Below are positions 17,553 through 26,753 of a stretch of 64,000 bases of DNA, in pieces. The stretch's first letter is position 1. Every line of letters begins with the position of its first letter. The stretch is taken from the NCBI GenBank assembly GCA_003598025.1, contig QZKH01000002.1, positions 334,501 through 398,500 of the forward strand, written 5' to 3'. A program made the translations under genes and the position numbers. The notes beneath the pieces were generated by a model that did not search any database, was not told where the DNA came from, and saw only the letters and a list, made by a program, of their open reading frames with translations. Origin of the DNA: Candidatus Omnitrophota bacterium. GTDB taxonomy: Bacteria > Omnitrophota > Gorgyraeia > Gygaellales > Profunditerraquicolaceae.

Positions 17553-18280
17553 TGCGATACGGGATTTTCTCTGATATCCATTCAAATTTAGAGGCGCTTG
17601 ATTCAGTGCTTGATTCCTATAAGCATGAGGCTATCGACAGGTATTTCTGTATTGGCGATATCGTCGGTTATGCTGCTAACCCAAATGAGTGCATAGAATT
17701 AATCCGTTCTAAGAATGTAGTTTGCGTTGCGGGTAATCATGACTGGGCAAGTGTAGGATTGTTCGCATTGGATAATTTTAACCCTTTAGCTAAAGAAGCC
17801 GTTATCTGGACACGCACCAGACTTAATAGCGACAATATCGATTATCTGCAGTCTTTGGACCTTATTTATTCGGATGATGATTTTACTATGGTCCATGGCA
17901 CTCTCGATCGCCCCCAGGAATTCAACTATATGTCCGGCGGATATACCGCCTGGGATAGCTTTGAGGCGATGGATAACCATATTTGCTTTGTCGGTCATAC
18001 CCATGTACCTGAAATATACATAAGAAAACCAGATGATTATCTGGAATCGCGGAAAGAGGATATCTTGAGTATAGAGGACGATTGTTCTTATATCGTTAAC
18101 GTCGGGAGCACGGGTCAACCGCGCGATGGCGACCGTAGGGCAGCCTATTGCATATATGATACTCAGAAAAGAAAACTCGAGATAAGAAGGATTGATTACG
18201 ATTTTCTGCAAACAAAAAGAAAAATAACCGATGCCGGGTTGCCTGAATTTCTTGCACAGAGGCTCGAGATTGGAAGATAG
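17552..18280 (+). CDS. Calcineurin-like metallophosphoesterase family protein
   Basis: MPP motifs 'FSDIHSN', 'GDIVGYAANP', 'GNHDW' and 'GHTHVP'. Confidence 0.7.
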   Translation: MRYGIFSDIHSNLEALDSVLDSYKHEAIDRYFCIGDIVGYAANPNECIELIRSKNVVCVAGNHDWASVGLFALDNFNPLAKEAVIWTRTRLNSDNIDYLQSLDLIYSDDDFTMVHGTLDRPQEFNYMSGGYTAWDSFEAMDNHICFVGHTHVPEIYIRKPDDYLESRKEDILSIEDDCSYIVNVGSTGQPRDGDRRAAYCIYDTQKRKLEIRRIDYDFLQTKRKITDAGLPEFLAQRLEIGR

Positions 18281-18281
18281 A

Positions 18282-20273
18282 GTGTCTGAGAATGTCAAAA
18301 ATAAGATCGAGAGATTAAAAAGAGATATAAGATTTCATGACCGCCTTTATTATGTCTTAAGTGATCCAAAAATTTCCGACAAGGAATATGATGTTTTATT
18401 AAAAGAGCTGCAGGCCCTTGAAGATAAATATCCGCAATATAAGACGGAAGATTCTCCCACCGTACGTTTAAGCGGCGGGATCTTAAAGGGATTTAGAAGT
18501 ATCCGCCATGTGGAGAAGATGTATTCTCTGGATAATACCTATTCTTTTGATGAGATATATTCATGGAAAGACAGGGTCCTGAAGAATCTGCCTGACGGGA
18601 AAATAAGTTATGTTGCGGAGCTAAAGATTGATGGTGTCAGCGCCAACCTTACTTACCGTAATGGCAAGCTGATTTCAGCGGCGACTAGAGGAGACGGCCA
18701 GACCGGAGAAGACATAACTGAAAATATAAAAAGAGTACGTTCTATCCCTCTTACTTTAAGCGGGGATAATCTTCCTGAGTTTATCGAGGTGCGGGGAGAG
18801 GTTTATATGGAGAAACAGAGTTTATCTAATCTTAACAGGCAGAGAGAAGCTGCAGGAGAGCCTATTTTTGCAAATCCGCGTAATGCAGCCAGTGGTTCCT
18901 TAAAATTACTGGATTCGGAAGAAGTAGCAAAAAGGAGATTGCTTTTTTATGCACATTCTTTAGGTGCCTATAGCGGGGTTAAGCTCAGCGGACATTTTGA
19001 ATTCTTACAAAAATTAAAATATTGGGGCATAAGAGTCAATGAGCATGTAAAATTATGCCATACTATCGAAGATGTGATAGAGTATTGCAAGCTATGGCAG
19101 GGAAAAAGAGAAGGCCTTGCATATGAGATTGATGGTGCGGTTATAAAGGTGGATAACCTTGAGCAGCAGCATAAATTAGGCTTTACTTTGAAGAGCCCGC
19201 GTTGGGCAATAGCATATAAGTTTCCAGCTCGCCAGGCCACTACGGAAGTCATGAAGATAGTTTTCCAGGTTGGCAGGACCGGAGTTATAACTCCGGTAGC
19301 GGAGCTTAAGCCTGTAGAATGCGGCGGTGTAATAATAAAACATGCTACCTTGCATAATTTTGATGAAATCGAACGTTTGGGGATACGGGAACATGACCGG
19401 GTATTGATTGAAAGGGCAGGAGAAGTTATCCCTAAAATAATCAAGGTTATTGAAAGGCGCGGTAAGTCAGCGGTGCGGATACCCAAAGAATGCCCTGTCT
19501 GTTCCGGAAAGGTGATTAAGGAAAAAGAAGAGGATGTTGCTTACCGATGCATCAACCCTAATTGCGGCGAGCAACTTCAGAGGTCTATACTGCATTTTGC
19601 TTCTCGTCAGGCAATGGATATTGAAGGTATGGGAGAAGCGGTTGTTTCCCAGTTGATCGGATTGAAATTAGTCGGCAGTTTTTCCGACATATATAGATTA
19701 AAGGGCAAGGACCTGTCAGCATTAGAATTGTTTAAGGAAAAAAAGATTAACAACCTGCTTTCTGCTATTGATGCCAGCAGGCACAGGCCGTTATCGAGGC
19801 TCATATATGGTTTGGGTATCCGCCATGTAGGAGAGAAGGCCGCATATGTTTTAGCCAGTAAATTTGGCAGCATAAACAAGCTAGCAGCAGCAGATATGCC
19901 TACCTTGCAGGGTATCCATGAGGTTGGCCCGATTATGGCAGAATCGATAGTAGATTATTTTGCTCAGCCCCAGGCAAAGAAATTAATAGAAGAATTTTCT
20001 TCGCTGGGTTTAAACCTTAAGGAAGAAGCTAAAAAGACAAAGAATACCCCGCTTACCGGTAAAAGGGTAGTGTTTACCGGAGAGTTGAAGAATTTTTCCA
20101 GACAGGAAGCTGAGGAATTGGTGCGCCAAAACGGCGGGTATCCGATTTCCAGCGTAAGTAAGGCTACTGATTTTGTTGTCGCCGGAGATAACCCCGGTTC
20201 TAAATATAATAATGCCAGGAAAATGAATATCAGGATATTAAATGAACAGGAATTCGAAAGGTTTTTGAAATGA
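18282..20273 (+). CDS. ligA: NAD-dependent DNA ligase
   Basis: Adenylation motif 'KIDGVS', an OB fold, a Zn-finger ('CPVCSGK...CINPNC'), HhH repeats and a C-terminal BRCT domain. GTG at 18282 is the likely start. The track start at 18231 overlaps the upstream gene. Confidence 0.92.
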   Translation: MSENVKNKIERLKRDIRFHDRLYYVLSDPKISDKEYDVLLKELQALEDKYPQYKTEDSPTVRLSGGILKGFRSIRHVEKMYSLDNTYSFDEIYSWKDRVLKNLPDGKISYVAELKIDGVSANLTYRNGKLISAATRGDGQTGEDITENIKRVRSIPLTLSGDNLPEFIEVRGEVYMEKQSLSNLNRQREAAGEPIFANPRNAASGSLKLLDSEEVAKRRLLFYAHSLGAYSGVKLSGHFEFLQKLKYWGIRVNEHVKLCHTIEDVIEYCKLWQGKREGLAYEIDGAVIKVDNLEQQHKLGFTLKSPRWAIAYKFPARQATTEVMKIVFQVGRTGVITPVAELKPVECGGVIIKHATLHNFDEIERLGIREHDRVLIERAGEVIPKIIKVIERRGKSAVRIPKECPVCSGKVIKEKEEDVAYRCINPNCGEQLQRSILHFASRQAMDIEGMGEAVVSQLIGLKLVGSFSDIYRLKGKDLSALELFKEKKINNLLSAIDASRHRPLSRLIYGLGIRHVGEKAAYVLASKFGSINKLAAADMPTLQGIHEVGPIMAESIVDYFAQPQAKKLIEEFSSLGLNLKEEAKKTKNTPLTGKRVVFTGELKNFSRQEAEELVRQNGGYPISSVSKATDFVVAGDNPGSKYNNARKMNIRILNEQEFERFLK

Positions 20274-20764
20274 AAAAAACAGCATATTTATTTATCGTTG
20301 TGTATTTTGCTCTTTATTCGCTAGGTTGTGAAGCTTTTATCCGTAAGTTCAGCCGTAAGCCTAAGAAAGAAAAAAGTGCTCAAGAAAAAATGGTCCTGGA
20401 ACCGCAGGTATATTCTCCCGAGCAGGTCAGCAAGGAGGACGGATACCGGCAGAATTTTATCTTCTGGAAATCATGGCAGGAAGAATTGATAGATTCTCTC
20501 AATGACAGGAGCCCTAACAGGAAGAGGCAGATAATGGCGGCAAATGAAGCGATTAAGAACCTGGAATATGCAAGAACTATGCTGATCGAGCAGGCCCAGA
20601 TTAAGCTGGATAAATATATAGGGCAGAGCAAAGATTTACTTGCAGAAATTGAGGCTGACACATACGGGGACAGGGCTGCAAGGAGCAGGTTCCAGGCAGA
20701 GCAGATTAGGATGAACGTATTAAAAGAATTTACATTCAGCAAGATAAAAATATACTTAAAATGA
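20270..20764 (+). CDS. Hypothetical lipoprotein
   Basis: Signal peptide with the lipobox 'LYSLGC'. The remainder is charged and helical, with no recognisable family. Confidence 0.5.
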   Translation: MKKTAYLFIVVYFALYSLGCEAFIRKFSRKPKKEKSAQEKMVLEPQVYSPEQVSKEDGYRQNFIFWKSWQEELIDSLNDRSPNRKRQIMAANEAIKNLEYARTMLIEQAQIKLDKYIGQSKDLLAEIEADTYGDRAARSRFQAEQIRMNVLKEFTFSKIKIYLK

Positions 20765-21387
20765 TTCTGGAAAGAGTTGTTGTTGGTCCGTACCAAACCA
20801 ACTGCTACCTCCTGGCAAAGGGTAAAGGAAGCGAGGCTATAATTATTGATCCCGGCAGCGATGCTGATAAGATCAAGAATGCCCTGATTAAGCATTCGCT
20901 AAAACCGTCTTTAGTCATTAATACTCATGGTCATTTTGATCATATAGGCTGTGATAGCGATTTTAATGTCCCTATCTATGTCCATAAGCTGGATTTGCCT
21001 CTTCTGGGTAGCCCTGAAAAGAACCTTTCTTCATTAGTATCTTCTCATGTTGCTGTTAACGATGAAGCAAATGCATTAAGAGACGGGCAGATCATAGGGG
21101 TCGAAGGGATAAAGTTAGAAGTAATACATACCCCTGGCCATACTATGGGAGGCGTGTGTCTTTTAGTAAGGGAGCCGGCAGCGAAAAAAATATTATTTAC
21201 CGGTGACACTTTATTTAATTGCGGTATCGGCAGGACGGATATTGCAGGCTCAAACCCTGAATCACTCATTGAAAGCATAAAGAAAAGAATTTTCAGCTTG
21301 CCGGATAATATCGCTATTTTCCCAGGGCACGGGCCAAGTTCGACAATCGGGCATGAAAAAATGCATCTTGATCTGGACACTCTATGA
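20761..21387 (+). CDS. MBL-fold metallo-hydrolase (glyoxalase II-like)
   Basis: 'HGHFDHIG' together with the downstream 'H...D...H' ligands ('TPGHTMGG', 'GDTLFNCGIGR' and 'FPGHG'). Confidence 0.8.
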   Translation: MILERVVVGPYQTNCYLLAKGKGSEAIIIDPGSDADKIKNALIKHSLKPSLVINTHGHFDHIGCDSDFNVPIYVHKLDLPLLGSPEKNLSSLVSSHVAVNDEANALRDGQIIGVEGIKLEVIHTPGHTMGGVCLLVREPAAKKILFTGDTLFNCGIGRTDIAGSNPESLIESIKKRIFSLPDNIAIFPGHGPSSTIGHEKMHLDLDTL

Positions 21388-22271
21388 AAGAACTGATTGA
21401 CGTATTCTTGAATTATCTATCTGTCGAGAGGGGTCTGTCACGGAACACGATAGTCTCTTATAGGGAAGATTTAGAAAATTATATAAGATTTCTGGAAAAG
21501 AACAATATCACTGTTTTATCTAAGGCATCTAAGAATGACATTGTGAATTTTATGCTTCATCAGCGAGGCAGGGGGATCTCGCCGACTTCTATAGCCAGGA
21601 GGCTTGCTGCGATAAGGATGTTTCACAGGTTTCTCGTAAGGGAGAGGATTACTAAAGCCGACCCGACTGTCCTTATTGATTCGCCCAAACTGTGGAAAAG
21701 AATACCCGAGACTTTGAGCGTTAATGAAGTGGAGTCTATTATCAGCCAGCCTAATCTCAGGACAACACAAGGTATAAGAGACCGCGCGATATTGGAAGTC
21801 CTTTATGCTACAGGCATGCGTGTTTCCGAGGCATCTAACCTGAAGTCCGGAGACATAAACTTTGAAGTAGGCTTCCTGCGTTGCATTGGAAAAGGCAATA
21901 AAGAGAGAATTGTGCCTTTAGGTTCAAAAGCCATAGTAAGTTTGAAAAGATATTTAGAGGTGGGGCGGCCAAAGATGCTTAAGGGCAGGACTTGCGATTT
22001 TATATTCCTTAGCCGTTCAGGGAGCAGGATATCACGGCAGTCATTATGGAAAATGATAAAAAAGTATGCCAAAGACGCCAGGATAAAAAAGCAGATTAAG
22101 CCGCATATGTTAAGGCATTCATTCGCTACCCATCTGCTTGAACACGGGGCAGATTTACGCTCAGTGCAGGAGATGCTTGGGCATTCCAATATTTCAACAA
22201 CGCAGATATATACGCACGTAAATAAAGACAGGATTAAAATGATCCATAAAATGTATCACCCCAGGCCATAG
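21384..22271 (+). CDS. xerD: Site-specific tyrosine recombinase XerD
   Basis: N-terminal SAM-like domain ('LSRNTIVSYREDLENY'). Catalytic residues are R ('ATGMRVSEA'), 'HMLRHSFATHLL' and 'LGHSNISTTQIYTHV' (Tyr). Confidence 0.85.
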   Translation: MKELIDVFLNYLSVERGLSRNTIVSYREDLENYIRFLEKNNITVLSKASKNDIVNFMLHQRGRGISPTSIARRLAAIRMFHRFLVRERITKADPTVLIDSPKLWKRIPETLSVNEVESIISQPNLRTTQGIRDRAILEVLYATGMRVSEASNLKSGDINFEVGFLRCIGKGNKERIVPLGSKAIVSLKRYLEVGRPKMLKGRTCDFIFLSRSGSRISRQSLWKMIKKYAKDARIKKQIKPHMLRHSFATHLLEHGADLRSVQEMLGHSNISTTQIYTHVNKDRIKMIHKMYHPRP

Positions 22272-22279
22272 GACAAAAT

Positions 22280-23560
22280 ATGAAGAGACATCTTGATAAA
22301 TTACCGGAAGAAAAAAAACAAATTATTTCTGCCTTTAGCGCGATAGCCGCATCCAGGGGTATTAGTATTTATCTTGTAGGCGGTTTTGTGCGTGATTTGT
22401 TATTGGGCAGGATAAATCTTGACCTTGACATCGTAGCAGAAAGAGACGGTATTTCTCTGGCGGAAGAGTTTGCCGCCAGGCTTAAAGCCAAAGCTGTTTT
22501 TCATAAAAGGTTCGGCACAGCTACGATTATTGTCCCTGGTTCCGGTTTTAAAGTTGATATTACAACCGCCAGGTCCGAAAGTTACCCTTATCCGGCTTCT
22601 TTGCCGGTAGTAAGGCGTGGGAATTTAAAAGAAGATCTTTTCAGAAGAGATTTTACTATTAATTCTATGGCCATATGTATAAGCCAGGGAGAATTCGGGA
22701 AACTGATTGATTATTACGGAGGCCAAAAGGACTTACGCGATAAGAAGGTGCGGGTGCTGCACAAGGTAAGTTTTATTGACGATCCGACAAGGATATTAAG
22801 GGCAATCAGATTTGAGCAGAGGTTCGGATTTAGCATAGAACCAGAAACAAGAATACTTCTCAGGGATGCCGTTAAGTTAAAGATGTTGGAAGCGACCCAG
22901 CCTCAAAGGCTCAGAGACGAAATAATCCTGATGCTTAAAGAAGAGAATTGCTTAAAACAGTTAAGGCGCATGGATAAATTGGTTGGATTCAGGTCTATTC
23001 ATAATAAATTGGAACTTAAGAAGAAAGATTATCAATTAATTTCCTCCATGCAAAAAGAAGTATCTTGGTATAACAAGCTATACCCCGATAGGAGGATTCT
23101 TGATTCCTGGTTGATTTATTTTATGGCAGTAGTTGATCCTTTGAATTTAAAACAGGCCAAAGAGGTGACAGACAGGATGGTTTTAAAAAAAGGCGAAGAC
23201 AAAAGGATATTCAGCTATAAATCTTTATTCGTAAAAGTCGAAAGAGCCCTCTCTAAAGACAGGATATCCCCGCTGATGATATTCAGGCTGCTGGAGCCCC
23301 TTAGTTACGAAACGATAATCGCCTTCAGGGCGAAGACTGCTAATGCAAAAGTCAAAAGTAAAATACGGGATTTTTTTGACATTTATAATGGCATGCGTCT
23401 TTATGTCTCAGGGCATGATTTACATAAACTCGGGCTTTCTCCCAGCCCGTTGTATCAAAAGATATTTTCAAGGGTCCTTGCCGCAAAAATAAACGGTAAG
23501 ATAAGGACCAGGGAGCAGGAACTAGGGTTGATCAGAAAATATCTTAGGTTAGGCTTATAG
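22280..23560 (+). CDS. cca: tRNA nucleotidyltransferase (CCA-adding enzyme) / poly(A) polymerase family
   Basis: Head-domain motif 'YLVGGFVRDLLLGR..DLDIV' and an 'RRD' motif. Confidence 0.75.
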   Translation: MKRHLDKLPEEKKQIISAFSAIAASRGISIYLVGGFVRDLLLGRINLDLDIVAERDGISLAEEFAARLKAKAVFHKRFGTATIIVPGSGFKVDITTARSESYPYPASLPVVRRGNLKEDLFRRDFTINSMAICISQGEFGKLIDYYGGQKDLRDKKVRVLHKVSFIDDPTRILRAIRFEQRFGFSIEPETRILLRDAVKLKMLEATQPQRLRDEIILMLKEENCLKQLRRMDKLVGFRSIHNKLELKKKDYQLISSMQKEVSWYNKLYPDRRILDSWLIYFMAVVDPLNLKQAKEVTDRMVLKKGEDKRIFSYKSLFVKVERALSKDRISPLMIFRLLEPLSYETIIAFRAKTANAKVKSKIRDFFDIYNGMRLYVSGHDLHKLGLSPSPLYQKIFSRVLAAKINGKIRTREQELGLIRKYLRLGL

Positions 23561-23625
23561 CCCGGCTTGTTAGTTTTGCAACAGCAACTTGTGTACGGCC
23601 ATTAATATTAACGTAAAAGGGGGGT

Positions 23626-24006
23626 ATGATGTCCAGGCAAGACCGCGTTGAAAAAGCTATTCAAAAAGAGGTAAGCTCGATTATTCACGATGAGCTTAAA
23701 GACCCTAGATTAGGCTTCGTTACTATAACCAGGGTAGAGATAACTAAAGACCTGCGCGACACCAAGATATTTTATAGTGTTTTGGGGCAGGATAAGGAAC
23801 ATAAAGACACTAAGGTTGCATTAGATTCGGCATCGGGATTTATAAGGAAACTGATTGGCGAGCGTATAAATTTAAGATTCGTTCCTACCATTATGTTCAA
23901 AGAAGACAGGTCTTCGGAATATAGCGTACGCATACAGAAAGTTTTGGATGAAATATATGAAAAAGAAAATATTAAGACAAGTAGTAGAAAGCATAAGAAA
24001 AAATAA
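23626..24006 (+). CDS. rbfA: Ribosome-binding factor A
   Basis: 'RVEKAIQKEVSSIIHDELKDPRLGFVTITRVEITKDLRDTKIFYSVLG'. Confidence 0.88.
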   Translation: MMSRQDRVEKAIQKEVSSIIHDELKDPRLGFVTITRVEITKDLRDTKIFYSVLGQDKEHKDTKVALDSASGFIRKLIGERINLRFVPTIMFKEDRSSEYSVRIQKVLDEIYEKENIKTSSRKHKKK

Positions 24007-24934
24007 AAAGTTCATAATTACAAGCCATAGGAACCTTGAGGGCGATGCCTTAGGTTCCGAGTTGGCTTTTTTCAGGCTGCTCAGAAAAATAGGCAAGGAA
24101 GCGCTGATGGTTAACGCCGACCCTGTGCCTTATTCTTATAGCTTTCTGCCGGATATAGAGAAAATAGCAAAATATAAGAAAAGCTTAGCCGGATTGCGCT
24201 TTGATTGTTTTGTCACATTAGATTGCTCCGGCATGAACCGTTGCGGAGAGGTCAGCAATATCCGCATAAATTCTGACACGGTAGTAAATATTGACCACCA
24301 TATAAGCAATGAAGCGTTCGGGGATGTCAATTGGGTCGATCCTAAAGCCTCATCTTGCAGTGAGATGGTATACGGACTTTATAAAGAAATGAGGGTGCCT
24401 TTTGATAAGAGCTCGGCATTGCAGCTGTATACAGGGATAATGACCGATACCGGTTCATTTAAGTATGTAAATACTACACCGGCTACCTTTATGGCCGCAG
24501 CTGAATTAACAAAATTCAATTTAGATATAAACGGCATTTACAGGAAAGTATATGAAGATATTCCCTTTGAAGATATAAAGTTTTTACTCTCGGTATTACC
24601 GGCTATAAAAAGAGGGGTTAACGGTAGAATCGTCTGGTTTAAAATCACCAAGAAGATAACTCCGGGGAAGTTGGCCATAGACCTAAGCGAGCATCTCTTA
24701 AACTTCGGCAGGAGCATAAAAAACGTCGATGTTGTAGTTTTATTTAAGGAAAACCTGGGAGACAATAAGGAGGTACGCGTGAATTTCAGGTCGCAAGGCA
24801 GGGTCGATGTCAACAAGATCGCTGCATTCTTTGGCGGCGGGGGGCATAAAACTGCAAGTGGCTGCACTATTGAAGGTGGCATAGATGAAGTTATACATAA
24901 AGTAATAGGCAAGATAAAATCCGAAATAAAATGA
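23948..24934 (+). CDS. nrnA: DHH/DHHA1 phosphoesterase (NrnA-type bifunctional oligoribonuclease/pAp phosphatase)
   Basis: DHH motifs 'ITSHRNLEGDALGS' and 'NIDHH', the DHHA1 C-terminus 'GGGGHKTASG', and the common rbfA-nrnA linkage. The start is uncertain and overlaps the rbfA 3' end. Confidence 0.8.
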   Translation: MKYMKKKILRQVVESIRKNKKFIITSHRNLEGDALGSELAFFRLLRKIGKEALMVNADPVPYSYSFLPDIEKIAKYKKSLAGLRFDCFVTLDCSGMNRCGEVSNIRINSDTVVNIDHHISNEAFGDVNWVDPKASSCSEMVYGLYKEMRVPFDKSSALQLYTGIMTDTGSFKYVNTTPATFMAAAELTKFNLDINGIYRKVYEDIPFEDIKFLLSVLPAIKRGVNGRIVWFKITKKITPGKLAIDLSEHLLNFGRSIKNVDVVVLFKENLGDNKEVRVNFRSQGRVDVNKIAAFFGGGGHKTASGCTIEGGIDEVIHKVIGKIKSEIK

Positions 24935-25860
24935 AGATTATCAGGGGACTGGGCAGATTGAAATTATATAAAAACACTGTAGTTGCTCTGGGTGTATTTG
25001 ACGGGCTTCACCTCGGGCATAGAAAGATAATCGCCGAAGCAGTCAAGAAGGCACGCCATATAAACGGAACGAGCGTTGTGTTGACATTTTGGCCGGATCC
25101 TCATTACCAGGATACGCTTTCTTCGTTTGACCATAAATTAAAGCTTATAGGAAGCCTGGGAGTCGAAGTTTGTATAGTCCTTTCTTTTAACAGTAAGATC
25201 TCAAGCCTTTCGCCAAGCGAATTTATTTCCCGTATAATTATCGATAGATTAAACGCATCTTATCTTTATGTCGGCAGAAATTTTAAGTTCGGCAAGAATG
25301 CCAGCGGAGATTTTAACACTTTAATCGGTTTGGCAAAAAAAATGGGCATTAATGTTGTTGGCCTCAAGGTAATTAAAGCCGGCGGTAAAATAATAAGCAG
25401 TACATATATAAGGAGGCTTATAAGGAAAGGGTTGTTGTCTCAGGCAGAAAAGCTGCTTCTTAGGCCGGTCTCTGTCCATGGGAAAGTGATAAAAGGCAGG
25501 GCCATCGGCCGAAATATCGGTTTTCCCACTGCCAACATATCTCCCGAGCATGAAATCATTCCTCCTCCGGGGATTTATGCGGTCAGGGTATTTTACGGGG
25601 GCAAGGAGTTTGATGGAGTATGCTATATCGGTAAGAAACAGTCAATTCTGAAACGGCAATCAGCAAAAGATTTTGTGGAAGTACATATATTCGGCATTAA
25701 TAAAGACCTTTACAATAAATCGCTGGAAATTGAGTTTATTAAGAAGATAAGGGAGGACAGAAAATTTAGAAATATACTCAGCTTAAGAGAGCAGATCGTA
25801 AAAGATATAAAAACTACCAAGGCCATACTATCCCGCCACAAAAAATACCACAAAATATAG
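24931..25860 (+). CDS. ribF: Bifunctional riboflavin kinase / FMN adenylyltransferase
   Basis: FAD synthetase 'GVFDGLHLGHRKI'. Riboflavin kinase C-domain 'GRAIGRNIGFPTANI' and 'YAV'. Confidence 0.9.
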   Translation: MKIIRGLGRLKLYKNTVVALGVFDGLHLGHRKIIAEAVKKARHINGTSVVLTFWPDPHYQDTLSSFDHKLKLIGSLGVEVCIVLSFNSKISSLSPSEFISRIIIDRLNASYLYVGRNFKFGKNASGDFNTLIGLAKKMGINVVGLKVIKAGGKIISSTYIRRLIRKGLLSQAEKLLLRPVSVHGKVIKGRAIGRNIGFPTANISPEHEIIPPPGIYAVRVFYGGKEFDGVCYIGKKQSILKRQSAKDFVEVHIFGINKDLYNKSLEIEFIKKIREDRKFRNILSLREQIVKDIKTTKAILSRHKKYHKI

Positions 25861-25920
25861 CAATAATCCAACCCTTTCATACTACCCATTGTAATATAAA
25901 CAGTTAAATAAAATTATGTC

Positions 25921-25949
25921 TTGACAAAGTGGCTAATTTTATCTATACT
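25921..25949 (+). promoter_or_regulatory. Sigma70-type promoter (TTGACA-17-TATACT) of the mraZ/dcw operon
   Basis: TTGACA at 25921-25926 and TATACT at 25944-25949. Confidence 0.6.
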
Positions 25950-25982
25950 CGTTTCAAAGTGGAGTAAAGTGGAGTAAAGTGG
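25926..25982 (+). promoter_or_regulatory. MraZ operator: four AAAGTGG direct repeats, three of them in a 10-bp-phased array
   Basis: AAAGTGG at 25926 overlaps the -35 element. Further copies sit at 25956, 25966 and 25976 with exact 10-bp periodicity, just downstream of the -10. The motif matches the MraZ-box consensus AAAGTG[G/T] described for Mollicutes/Firmicutes. Confidence 0.7.
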
Positions 25983-26142
25983 ATTAGAAGCAATTTGTGC
26001 CATGTCGGTGATACAAATTGCGATATCTAATTATTCGCTTTTATCTGTTTATTCGCTTGATTTTAGGTATTAATCTAAGAAGAAAGGGGGAGTTTAGCTT
26101 ACGTTAAGAAAAACATTATATTACGTAGGTTAACGCTCGCTT

Positions 26143-26586
26143 ATGTTTTACGGAGAATATATCCACACAATCGATCGCAAGGGGAGATTAATACTGCCTG
26201 CCAAATTCAGGGACGTTGCTAAGGCAAATTTTATAGAGAGATTTTTTGTAACCAGAGGTTTGGATAAATGCCTTTTTATGCTTTCAGAAGAAGAATGGAA
26301 GTCGCAGGAAGCAAAATTTAGAGCAATACCTTTTACCAAGCAGCAGGCCCGTACTTTTAACAGGCTTTATTTTTCTGGTGCTATAGAAGTTCTGGCTGAT
26401 AAACAGGGAAGGATTTTGTTGCCTCAATATCTGAAGGACTACGCAGAGATAAAAAGGGACGTTATTATAGTCGGTGTCTCTAACCGTATCGAAATATGGT
26501 CCAAGGATAAATGGCAGGAATTTTACAGTAACTCAAAAACTTCTTTTGAGGAGATTGCGGAAAAATTACTGGATAATAATCCATAA
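26143..26586 (+). CDS. mraZ: Transcriptional regulator MraZ
   Basis: Duplicated MraZ half-domains with 'DRKGRLILPAKFR' and 'DKQGRILLPQYLK'. Confidence 0.92.
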   Translation: MFYGEYIHTIDRKGRLILPAKFRDVAKANFIERFFVTRGLDKCLFMLSEEEWKSQEAKFRAIPFTKQQARTFNRLYFSGAIEVLADKQGRILLPQYLKDYAEIKRDVIIVGVSNRIEIWSKDKWQEFYSNSKTSFEEIAEKLLDNNP

Positions 26587-26753
26587 AAATATTTGAGTAT
26601 TCTAAAAAATCGAAAGTGGAAGAAAAAATAAATAATCTCTTTCAGGAGGGGTCAACATCTTGTTGCTGCCAGACATGCTGTGCAGATGATGCACATTCTG
26701 CAGGCAGCGGAGTTTTGGTAATGTCCGGTGTTGACAGGATAGAAGGTTGCGAT

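Noticed and set aside
17552-18280. Metallophosphoesterase next to ligA as a 'ligase-associated' PdeM-type DNA-damage phosphoesterase
   Set aside because: The described ligase-associated cluster involves an ATP-dependent ligase and an Lhr helicase. Here the neighbour is the essential NAD-dependent LigA and no Lhr is present. Adjacency is more likely incidental.
26616-26753. Track N-terminal extension of rsmH containing an odd Cys-rich stretch 'STSCCCQTCCADDAHSAGS'
   Set aside because: RsmH family proteins start at 'MSKNFHNPV...' (ATG 26754). The upstream stretch is the mraZ-rsmH spacer, which can form a GCTGCC...GGCAGC hairpin. The Cys-richness comes from TGC/TGT-rich sequence and is not a metal-binding domain.
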